Of a stretch of DNA of 64,000 nucleotides, positions 45,785 to 55,112 are shown piece by piece (position 1 is the stretch's first letter; the number at the start of each line of letters is the position of its first letter). The notes under the pieces are model-generated. The model had not been told where the DNA came from. It searched no databases and saw nothing but the letters and a program-made list of their open reading frames with translations. The DNA comes from Candidatus Poribacteria bacterium (GTDB lineage: Bacteria; Poribacteria; WGA-4E; WGA-3G): assembly GCA_963663765.2 (NCBI GenBank), contig CAXXUA010000006.1, positions 128,001 to 192,000 on the forward strand, read 5' to 3'. Made by a program: the position numbers and the translations under genes.

Positions 45785-45995
45785 GTCAATACCTCCTTAT
45801 TTATGTGTCCCCTTGCGAACTTAATGTGTCATGCTGGCAAGGTTCGGTTAATGCTGGGTTGATGATCCCCCGGTCAGGAATAATATGGTTACCAATTATA
45901 TCTCCTTTGTGAAATATTGTTAAGATAAAACTATATGTTATCCAATGATTCAAACTCTAAATCAACGCATCAGTATGAAATAGCCTCTATAGTTA

Positions 45996-46627
45996 CAATA
46001 CCTTCGCCATTTTTGAGTACTTCAGTTGAATGAGTATAAAGTGTTGATCTACCATTGCTCTGTGATATTGTTAGGATTACATAAATAAAAATTACTTCAG
46101 GTTTTCATTGAAGTATTTTTATTTATCATAGCGTCTAATTTGACGATAGAATCTGACAGAATATTTTATATGCACAATCTGGAAGAATGTGCTACAACTA
46201 CACGCACAATCTGGAAGAATGTGCTACAACTGACCGCACAATCTGGAAGAATGTGCTACAACTGACCGCACAATCTGGAAGAATGTGCTACAACTACACG
46301 CACAATCTGGAAGAATGTGCTACAACTGACCGCACAATCTGGAAGAATGTGCTACAACTGACCACACACTCTGGCAGAATGTGCTACAACTGACCGCACA
46401 ATCTGACAGAATGTGCTACAACTGACCGCACAATCTGGAAGAATGTGCTACAACTGACCGCACAATCTGACAGAATGTGCTACAACTGACCACACACTCT
46501 GGCAGAATGTGCTACAACTGACCGCACAATCTGACAGAATGTGCTACAACTGACCGCACAATCTGGAAAAATGTGCTACAACTGACCGCACAATCTGGAA
46601 AAATGTCTATTATTGGCGAAGGTATTG
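45996..46627. mobile_element. MITE family A with 13.5 x 32-bp array
   Basis: Same TIRs; array 46172-46606. Confidence 0.88.
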
Positions 46628-46812
46628 TAGTTTAAAGACACAGTTTTAGACCGAAAGGGTGCATACGGTATAAAATATTTGAATTTTATCTATAGATTGG
46701 TGAAAAACGCAGGAAGATAACAAACCAAGCAAAAATTACTGGCAAGGTGTTCCGCTTGAGAAAGATTTTGCTAATATTAAGCGTAAACGCGAATACAATA
46801 CCGATTCAAATG

Positions 46813-47177
46813 CAGAGTTATTCAGTTTTAAGAATTATCAGTTAATGGGTGTTACTTAAAGTTTATATCGTAGGTCGGGTAGAGCGTATGCGAAACCCGA
46901 CATGTATTGATTTTGTCTATCATGTCGGGTTTCGCTCACGCTCTACCCATAGGTGTCAACTTAAGGATTCTGACCTCTTGTGGGAGGGGTTTGCAACCCC
47001 GATTTTATGTTCATTTCCACTCAAATCGGGGTTACAAACCCCTCCTACAAGAGAATATGCCAACACTTTTTTCTTAAGTTGACACCTATGGGTTTCGCTC
47101 ACGCTCTACCCGACCTACGATATTAAATCACGAATGTTATAAATATCTGCCAAAATATCTAAAACTGAATAACCCTG
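46813..47177. mobile_element. ISAs1-like-ended MITE (9-bp TSD ATTCAAATG) containing a REP doublet and a nested family-E MITE (46949-47089, 22-bp TSD)
   Basis: CAGAGTTATTCAGTT/AACTGAATAACCCTG ends; GGGTTTCGCTCACGCTCTACCC at 46927-46948 and 47090-47111. Confidence 0.85.
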
Positions 47178-47276
47178 ATTCAAATGTCTGTATAATTGAC
47201 AATTGTCGTAATTTAATGATACAATAACTATGTGTTGATATTCAACTCATAGTTATGTTATATTTACTATTGAAAA

Positions 47277-47552
47277 GATGTAACCCAACGCGATTTAGCA
47301 ACAGAAGTGGGTGTAGATTTTTCCTACATCAGTAAGATTGAAAATGATCGTATGCCACCGCCCGCAGCTGATACTATTGTCAAGATATGTGAGGTTCTTG
47401 GTGTGCCTCCAGATGATTTGCTTGCTATGACTGGTAAGATGCCAACGTCTATAAAAAAAGTTTTGAGTGATAATCCAGCTGCGCAACAGTTCCTACGTGA
47501 AGCAAAAACGATGACATTGACAGATGACGAGTGGATAGATTACTATACCTAA
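47277..47552 (+). pseudogene. XRE/Cro HTH regulator, 5'-truncated
   Basis: TQRDLATEVGVDFSYISKIEND...KICEVLGV; no in-frame start before helix 2. Confidence 0.7.
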
Positions 47553-47884
47553 ACAAATCCAAGAGAGTTTGGGACTTAAGAAGGGTGATATTGTGGATAC
47601 AAGGATAGAAGGGGATTGTGTGGTAATCACACCCAAAAAATCAGTCACACCAGAAGACTGGGACAAACTTCTGGAAGTGATGAGCACTGTCCACGAGCAA
47701 AATAAAGGCATTAGCGAGGAAGAAGTATATCAGGATGTCCAACGTGCAGTTGAGGAGCTTCCACAAGAAGAATATGACAAACAAACTACACCTCATCCTT
47801 GATAGTGTTGTTGCTGTAAGTGCGTTTTTTACATCGGCAAACGTCCAATTGACACCGTCCAAACCTACCCTGCACAATTGGTAG
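47533..47884 (+). pseudogene. Remnant AbrB/MazE-type antitoxin plus 5' stub of PIN toxin
   Basis: G*ITIPKQIQESLGLKKGD.V...EGD.VVITPK; overlapping MTNKLHLILDSVVAVSAF (from 47774) that stops early. Confidence 0.65.
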
Positions 47885-47934
47885 ATACCTATAATCCCAA
47901 GGGCATGCACACTCACAAAAAATAAAGGTTCATC

Positions 47935-50900
47935 ATGTCAGATAATAACCGATTACTAAAGTCTGGTATCCGAGACAACCTTCTTCGTGGCACAGTTCAT
48001 GACTTTTTAGAGCGAGAAATCCAATCAGGTTCCGTGCTTTCTATCGTTTCTGCTTACTTCACGATCTATGCCTATGAAAAAATGCAACACCCTCTTAACG
48101 AAATAGAGGAACTCCGCTTTCTTTTCGGTGATCCCGATTTCGTCAAACGTATGGACCCAAATAATAAAGATAGAAAAGCATTTGAGATTACAGATGAAGG
48201 TTTAGCACTCAATCAGCAACTCCGACAAAAACCGATTGCAAGAGCTTGTGCCGAATGGATAAAAGACAAAAAGATAGAAATCCGCTCTACTCGCGGATCA
48301 AAACTGATTCACGGGAAAATGTATCATATCAATAATAACGGTGTTGACAAAGCCATCTTGGGCAGTTCTAACTTTACCGTGCATGGACTCGGACTGAGTT
48401 CCAATAGCAGTAACATTGAACTCAACCTGGAGGTGGATAGTGATCGCGACCGAACTGACCTGAAGGCATGGTTTGACGAACTCTGGAATAATGATGAGCT
48501 CGTTGAAGATGTTAAGAATACAGTGCTGGCAAAACTGAAGCAGATAGGACAAGATCACCCGCCAGAACTCATCTATTACAAAACACTCTACGAACTCTTC
48601 CGTAAAGAAATTGAGACGCGACAAACGAATGAACAGACTCTTGAAGATGTCCATCTATACGACATGGAAATATGGAAAAAGTTATATGATTTCCAAAAAG
48701 ATGGTGCAAAAAGCGTGATCGCCCGATTATTACGACACAACGGGTGTATCTTAGCGGATAGTGTCGGTTTAGGAAAAACATATACTGCACTGGCAGTTAT
48801 AAAGTTCTTTGAATTGCGAAACGAACGCGTGCTTGTTCTCTGTCCGAAAAAACTCCGAGAAAACTGGGATCTCTATCCAGCATACAACGCACAAGACTCT
48901 AACGAATTCCTTGATGATAAATTTACTTACACCGTCCTATCACACACCGATCTATCACGATACACAGGAGAATCCGGTAGCATAAATTTGGAGAATTTCA
49001 ATTGGCGTAGTTTTGATCTCATCGTAATTGATGAATCACACAACTTCCGAAACGATAGCAAACCGCGTGCGGATGATGAAGGTAATTTCCGTCACACCCG
49101 TTATTCACGTCTATTAGAAGAGGTCATCAAGGAAGGCACTAAAACCAAAGTCTTGATGCTTTCAGCAACGCCTGTCAATACCTCACTTACTGACCTCCGC
49201 AACCAGATATATCTGATGACTGAAAAACGCGAGGATGTTTTCAGAAATACTTTAGGCATCAGTAATATTGGCAATCTCATCAAACAGACACAGAAAGCGT
49301 TCAAGGTGTGGGAAGAAAAAGGCACAAGAAACAAGACAGAACTCTTCAATACTTTAGGCGTAGACTTTTTTCAACTACTCGGTGGTGTCTCTATTGCACG
49401 TTCACGCAAGTTAATCAAAAAATACTATGCCGATGAGATAGAAAGAATTGGAAACTTTCCTAAACCACAGAAACCAACTAATCGACATCCACAAACCGAC
49501 CTAAATGGTGAACTATCCTACAAAGCATTAGCAGACCAGATCGGTGATTTTGAGTTAACAATCTATAGACCTTCCAGTTATGTTGTTAGTGAAACAGCAA
49601 AACAACGTTTAGCAGATGAGAAAAAACGATTCCGTTTCAATCAGGAGGATCGGGAAAAATTCCTTATCGGTATGATGCAGACAAACTTTCTCAAACGGCT
49701 TGAAAGTTCTGCACACTCACTCTCCGAAACGCTTGAACGCACTATCAATAAACATGATGATATGTTAGAGAAAATAGAAAGATTCGAACAGAACAAAGAT
49801 ATTCCCAACGGACAAGCAGATATCCTCCCTGATGAAGATGAAGACGATGAGGAATTTTTAATCAACCGTGCCAGAAATCCGTATCATCTAAAGGAATTGG
49901 ATTGCACACGCTGGAAACAAGACATTCTCAAAGATAAACAGACCTTAACTGCAGCATCGGATAAAGTCAGATCCATCACACCAGAAAGAGATGGAAAACT
50001 GAAGCAAATTAATACTGATATTCGGAAAAAGTTGCAAAAGCCGAAAAAAGACAAGGAAGGCAATCTAAATCGGAAGTTACTCATCTTTACCACCTTCAAA
50101 GATACCGCTGAATATCTTTTTGAAAACTTGTCAGAACTTGCCTCGGAGTTGGAACTTGAGATGGCAATGGTCTCGGGAGACAAGACGCAGACAACCCGCG
50201 GACAAAACAACTTCAATGCTATTCTCACAAACTTCGCACCGTGGGGTAGGTTGCGTAAGGATAACACAGACGACAACATCGATCTCCTCATTGCTACGGA
50301 CTGCGTCTCCGAAGGGCAAAACCTTCAGGATTGCGATACTGTCATCAACTATGATATACATTGGAATCCTGTGCGAATCATCCAACGTTTTGGACGGATC
50401 GACCGCATCGGCACTCGCAACACAGAAATAAAGATGATTAACTACTGGCCCACCGAAGATATGGAGGTCTATCTACATCTACGAAACCGTGTGGAATCCC
50501 GTATGGCACTCGCGGATGCTACCGCAAGCGGTGATGATGACCCGCTCAATGAATTGACTTACGAACAAGCACAGATGGAACTCAATTTTCGTGATAAACA
50601 GTTGGTGGGACTTCGTGAAGATGTCTTTGATATAGATGACATGTCTGATGGCGTTGTGATGAGCGATTTTACGCTGGATTATTTCTTTGCACAACTCCTG
50701 AAATATCTGGAAAGGAACAGGGCAAAACTTGAGGCGACTCCCGAAGGTGCTTATGCTGTTACGAACAGCGAAAGTAATCCTACTGAAAAAGGTGTGATCT
50801 TTTTTCTACGTTTAGAAAATGCCAGTGAAAACAAACAGGAGAAAACTGCCAGTCCTATCCACCCTTACTATACGGTATATATCCGCAACAGTGGCGATAT

Positions 50901-51204
50901 CCGTTACGGGTGTCTTAATGCAAAACAGGTGTTGGATCTGTTTGAGGCAACTGCTGTTGGCAAGGAGAACGTCATAGATGATTTGTGCCTGAAGTTTGAC
51001 CAAGAGACGGAGTTTGGCGAAAACATGGAGCACTACAACAAGCTTTTAGATGCTGTCATTTCGCACATCACCCGAACATATACAAAAACACAGACACAAT
51101 CTATCAGGAGCGGTAGCCCGCGCGACACAAAGCTCACGCCAGCATCCAAAGCTCCGAAAGACAGTCGTAATTTTAAATTGGTGACGTGGTTGGTTATTAT
51201 GTAG
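47935..51204 (+). CDS. PLD-domain plus SNF2-family helicase
   Basis: HGKMY...GSSNFT (PLD); LADSVGLGKT, IDESHNFRN, LSATP, SEGQNLQD, QRFGRIDRIG. Confidence 0.93.
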   Translation: MSDNNRLLKSGIRDNLLRGTVHDFLEREIQSGSVLSIVSAYFTIYAYEKMQHPLNEIEELRFLFGDPDFVKRMDPNNKDRKAFEITDEGLALNQQLRQKPIARACAEWIKDKKIEIRSTRGSKLIHGKMYHINNNGVDKAILGSSNFTVHGLGLSSNSSNIELNLEVDSDRDRTDLKAWFDELWNNDELVEDVKNTVLAKLKQIGQDHPPELIYYKTLYELFRKEIETRQTNEQTLEDVHLYDMEIWKKLYDFQKDGAKSVIARLLRHNGCILADSVGLGKTYTALAVIKFFELRNERVLVLCPKKLRENWDLYPAYNAQDSNEFLDDKFTYTVLSHTDLSRYTGESGSINLENFNWRSFDLIVIDESHNFRNDSKPRADDEGNFRHTRYSRLLEEVIKEGTKTKVLMLSATPVNTSLTDLRNQIYLMTEKREDVFRNTLGISNIGNLIKQTQKAFKVWEEKGTRNKTELFNTLGVDFFQLLGGVSIARSRKLIKKYYADEIERIGNFPKPQKPTNRHPQTDLNGELSYKALADQIGDFELTIYRPSSYVVSETAKQRLADEKKRFRFNQEDREKFLIGMMQTNFLKRLESSAHSLSETLERTINKHDDMLEKIERFEQNKDIPNGQADILPDEDEDDEEFLINRARNPYHLKELDCTRWKQDILKDKQTLTAASDKVRSITPERDGKLKQINTDIRKKLQKPKKDKEGNLNRKLLIFTTFKDTAEYLFENLSELASELELEMAMVSGDKTQTTRGQNNFNAILTNFAPWGRLRKDNTDDNIDLLIATDCVSEGQNLQDCDTVINYDIHWNPVRIIQRFGRIDRIGTRNTEIKMINYWPTEDMEVYLHLRNRVESRMALADATASGDDDPLNELTYEQAQMELNFRDKQLVGLREDVFDIDDMSDGVVMSDFTLDYFFAQLLKYLERNRAKLEATPEGAYAVTNSESNPTEKGVIFFLRLENASENKQEKTASPIHPYYTVYIRNSGDIRYGCLNAKQVLDLFEATAVGKENVIDDLCLKFDQETEFGENMEHYNKLLDAVISHITRTYTKTQTQSIRSGSPRDTKLTPASKAPKDSRNFKLVTWLVIM

Positions 51205-51216
51205 GTTGTCTCTTGC

Positions 51217-51401
51217 CTGTAGGAGGGAACTCCGATTCCCGATTTTCTTGTAGGAGGGAACTCCGATCCCCGATTTCTTGTAGAAGGAAACTCCGCTTGG
51301 CGATTTTCTTGTAGGAGGGAACTCCGATTCCCGATTTTCTTGTAGGGGGGAACTCCGATCCCCGATTACATACAAATCGCGATTCGAAGATCGCTCCTAC
51401 A
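51217..51401. repeat. Five tandem ~31-bp REP arms (TGTAGGAGGGAACTCCGATTCCCGATTTTCT) plus one inverted arm
   Basis: Read directly between the helicase and methyltransferase genes. Confidence 0.85.
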
Positions 51402-51437
51402 CACAATAATTACAACATCTTTATAGGAACACAATAT

Positions 51438-54400
51438 ATGAACCAAAACGATATAAAATCCGCATTAGCAGCAATGCATACCGGTGATCTGTTAGAAAAA
51501 TCAATAGATCTGCTATCCACTTTAGGTTACCGCAGTGAACTTACACTGGAACTCTCCGGCACAGTTGACGATTTTTTTGAGGAATTCCGAGGACAGAACC
51601 CAAACACCAAAACAGAACAACATTTCCGTGATAACGCCAAATCCGCACACATTATCTTCCAATTGACCAAAGACGAAATCGTAAATAATCCACAGTTATC
51701 ATTGCTTGAACCTGCTGCATTTGATAAAGGTAATGCACACTGTTTCCTTATCTGTGCTGTTGATTTAAAAGACAACCACTACTCCCGCACCAAATATGCG
51801 GAGTTTACACGTGAAATTAACAAAAGACTTTTTGCCCCAACAGTGATTATATTTCGTGCAGGAGAACATCTAACAATTGCATTTGCAGATCGCCGACCAA
51901 GTGAAACGGACGCGAATCGTGATGTGTTAGGACAGGTCACCCTCATCAAAGACATCAGGCTCAATCACACAGAACAAGACCCACACCGCGCGCATTTGGA
52001 AATCCTCTCCGAACTCTCACTTGACCAATGTATCCAGTGGATGAACGATAACAGAAAACCGCAAAACTTCGACGGACTACTCGCTGCATGGCTCGCAAAA
52101 CTGGATACAGAAGAACTCAACAAACAATTCTATCGTAAACTATTTGCATGGTATGAATGGGCAGTTGACGATAATAATGTCAAGTTCCCAACAGATGAGA
52201 ACCGCGTCATCAAACGAGAGGAACATGTCATCCGACTCATCACCCGTCTACTCTTTATCTGGTTCATCAAGGAGAAAGGACTGGTCGCGGAGGAACTGTT
52301 TAACAGATATGAAGTGCTTGAGCTGCTGAAAGAAAATGACCTTGAGAACGGGGATTCCTACTATCGCGCCGTGCTACAAAACCTATTTTTCGCAACATTA
52401 AACACGGAAATTGAAAAACGCAAGTTTAGCACGGGAGGTAATCAAAATCACCGTAACTTCTCTAAATATCGCTACAAGAATCAAATGGACGATCCAGATA
52501 AACTTTTAGACCTTTTCTCCAAAACACCCTTCATTAATGGAGGTTTGTTTGATTGTTTAGACTCCTTTGATGCGACAACAGATGGCGGCTATCGTGTAGA
52601 CTGCTTTTCTGATAATCAATACCACAAGTTAAGCATTCCCAATCAGTTCTTTTTTGATGCCAAACGAGGACTGATCCCCCTCCTTCAACATTACAAGTTC
52701 ACTGTTGAGGAAAACACACCGATAGATCAAGAGGTAGCACTTGACCCTGAACTGCTCGGTAGAGTATTTGAAAACCTACTCGCTGCTATCAACCCGGAAA
52801 CGGGAGAGACAGCGCGCAAGATGACAGGTTCCTTCTACACCCCACGCACCATCGTTGACTATATGGTGAACGAGGTGTTGGTCGCCTCACTATCTCAAAA
52901 GTGTCAACAGACCGATTCCGATAAGAAACATTGGGAGAAACGACTACGTTCTCTTTTTGATTATACCAAAAACTATGACGATCCTAAACAAACATTAGAT
53001 GACGACAACGCAGATAGAGTTGTTAAGGCAATTTCTGAACTCAAGATACTGGATCCAGCGGTCGGTTCAGGTGCGTTTCCTATGGGGGTGTTGCACAAGT
53101 TGACGCTGGCACTCAGACGACTTGACCCAGATAATACCCGTTGGGAAGCATTACAGAGAGACTTAGCAGGAGAACGTGCAAAGGAAACATTTGCTTCAAA
53201 AAATGATCAAGAACGTCCAGAAGAACTTACTGAAATTGACGACACATTCAAACGTTATCGGGAATCGGATTTCGGTCGGAAATTGTATCTGATTCAGAAC
53301 AGTATCTTCGGTGTGGATATCCAACCGATTGCGTGCCAAATTGCCAAACTCCGATTCTTTATCTCGCTTGCCATTGAGCAGGAGCCGAACAGAGATCCAG
53401 ATAATAACTTCGGCATAAAGCCCTTGCCAAATTTAGAGACAAGGTTTGTTGCTGCAAACACACTGATAGGTATCAATTTATCTGAAACAAGGGGACTGTT
53501 CCAAGATGATACTGTCCAGCAATTGTTAAAAGAAATTGACACAATTCGTGAGAAGTTTTTTCTTGCAAATAACCGAGGACAAAAACGAATACTGGAAGAG
53601 CAGGAAAAATCTTGTCGCCAGCAACTTGAGAACGAATTGGAACGGCAGCGAACAGAGTGGACAGAAAACAGGCAACGAAAAATTGAAGATGAAATTTCCT
53701 CGCTTCGCAATTCAGAACAGCGTAGACAGGTCCGGGAAAAGAAACAGAAAAAGTTTGAAGCACTTAAGAAAGAATTTGATGAAGACTTTGAAAATGCTCG
53801 TAAAATTGCCCACTGGAAACCCTATGACCAGAATGCAAAAGCTGATTGGTTTGACCCAGAATGGATGTACGGGGTGAACAGTGGATTTGACATTACCATC
53901 GGCAATCCGCCTTATGTCAGAGCAGATGCAGATGAAAGAAACGCTGAATTACGACAGCAGATTAGAAATAGTAAGCAGTATGAAACACTTTATGAGAAGT
54001 GGGATCTGTTTATTCCTTTCATTGAACGGAGTTACAAATTACTTAATCCTGGCGGATTTACAACGTTAATCGTTTCCGATGCCTATTGCCACGCAAAATA
54101 TGCAATAAAATCTCAAGAGTGGTTTCTACGAAATGGCAAGATATTACGGTTGGATTTTCTCGGTAAAATTCAGATTTTTGATGCTGCAGTAAAGAACGTA
54201 ATCTACCTATTTCAAAAGGTGGATGGAAGCGAAAACAAGCCAGAACGTAGAGTGCATCAAAAAGAATTTGGTTCAGTCTATTTTTTATCAACTGGCGAAC
54301 AGCAGAAACTTACGCAACGGGCATTTTTCCCAGAAGATTCCAACCAATCTCAATTTGCAGCTTCAACTATACCACTCGACGAAATTTGCTATATCAGCTA

Positions 54401-55106
54401 TGGACTGAGACCAAATAGTGATCCACAAGATAAAGAGAAATTTGTTACTTCCGATGTTGTTTCAGATGAAAAAGATCGTATTCATAGCGAGCCATTTGTT
54501 GAGGGAAAACACTTAGATCGTTGGCTTCCAAAAACAAACCTTTGGATTGAGTGGGGCACGAATCGTGCACCAGCAAAATTTTATAGACCAACGTTCCCAG
54601 AAATGTATACAGTAGACGAAAAAATACTAATTCAACGACTACCGGGACCAAATATAAAGGCTTGTTATGATAATCAGAAACTCGTTTTTACACCAAGCAG
54701 TGTTGGTTTTATTCTTTGGCATAACTTAACAGGTGTTCGCAACAGATCCATCCAAAAACAGGCACGCTATCGAGATGAAAAGCAAAAAATCAACTTATTC
54801 AAACGAGAAGAACTTGAAAGGAGTAGCCAACGTTTTTCCGTAAAATATTTGCTTGGCGTGATGAACTCAACTTTTGCTCGTAATTTCTTGAGGACAAATC
54901 GTCGTAGCAATATCAGTCTCTACCCTGACGACTGGAAACAGTTGCTTATTCCTGATGTATCATCTGAACAGCAAGTCCCAATTATTGCGTTAGTTGACAA
55001 AATTCTTGATGCGAAACGTAAAGGACTTGAGAGAAAGGTAGCTCGTCTTGAAAAGAATTTGGATAAGGAAGTATCCGCACTTTATGGCGTTGATGATAAG
55101 GAGTGA
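51438..55106 (+). CDS. Eco57I/type IIG-like N6-adenine DNA methyltransferase with TaqI-C-like specificity domain
   Basis: PFINGGLF, LDPELLGRVFENLLA, GSFYTPR, LDPAVGSGAF, IGNPPYV, YLLGVMNS. Confidence 0.92.
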   Translation: MNQNDIKSALAAMHTGDLLEKSIDLLSTLGYRSELTLELSGTVDDFFEEFRGQNPNTKTEQHFRDNAKSAHIIFQLTKDEIVNNPQLSLLEPAAFDKGNAHCFLICAVDLKDNHYSRTKYAEFTREINKRLFAPTVIIFRAGEHLTIAFADRRPSETDANRDVLGQVTLIKDIRLNHTEQDPHRAHLEILSELSLDQCIQWMNDNRKPQNFDGLLAAWLAKLDTEELNKQFYRKLFAWYEWAVDDNNVKFPTDENRVIKREEHVIRLITRLLFIWFIKEKGLVAEELFNRYEVLELLKENDLENGDSYYRAVLQNLFFATLNTEIEKRKFSTGGNQNHRNFSKYRYKNQMDDPDKLLDLFSKTPFINGGLFDCLDSFDATTDGGYRVDCFSDNQYHKLSIPNQFFFDAKRGLIPLLQHYKFTVEENTPIDQEVALDPELLGRVFENLLAAINPETGETARKMTGSFYTPRTIVDYMVNEVLVASLSQKCQQTDSDKKHWEKRLRSLFDYTKNYDDPKQTLDDDNADRVVKAISELKILDPAVGSGAFPMGVLHKLTLALRRLDPDNTRWEALQRDLAGERAKETFASKNDQERPEELTEIDDTFKRYRESDFGRKLYLIQNSIFGVDIQPIACQIAKLRFFISLAIEQEPNRDPDNNFGIKPLPNLETRFVAANTLIGINLSETRGLFQDDTVQQLLKEIDTIREKFFLANNRGQKRILEEQEKSCRQQLENELERQRTEWTENRQRKIEDEISSLRNSEQRRQVREKKQKKFEALKKEFDEDFENARKIAHWKPYDQNAKADWFDPEWMYGVNSGFDITIGNPPYVRADADERNAELRQQIRNSKQYETLYEKWDLFIPFIERSYKLLNPGGFTTLIVSDAYCHAKYAIKSQEWFLRNGKILRLDFLGKIQIFDAAVKNVIYLFQKVDGSENKPERRVHQKEFGSVYFLSTGEQQKLTQRAFFPEDSNQSQFAASTIPLDEICYISYGLRPNSDPQDKEKFVTSDVVSDEKDRIHSEPFVEGKHLDRWLPKTNLWIEWGTNRAPAKFYRPTFPEMYTVDEKILIQRLPGPNIKACYDNQKLVFTPSSVGFILWHNLTGVRNRSIQKQARYRDEKQKINLFKREELERSSQRFSVKYLLGVMNSTFARNFLRTNRRSNISLYPDDWKQLLIPDVSSEQQVPIIALVDKILDAKRKGLERKVARLEKNLDKEVSALYGVDDKE

Positions 55107-55112
55107 AAAAAT

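Noticed and set aside
44227-46606. 32-bp arrays as CRISPR or guide-RNA (TIGR-like) arrays
   Set aside because: Units are essentially identical with a constant 11-bp linker; there are no unique spacers, and the arrays lie inside TIR/TSD-bounded elements.
5116-47538. TAG reassignment (alternative genetic code)
   Set aside because: TAG ends many normal genes (4831, 19719, 39632, 51204), the in-frame TAGs replace different expected residues (L, E, Q), and TAA/TGA premature stops also occur.
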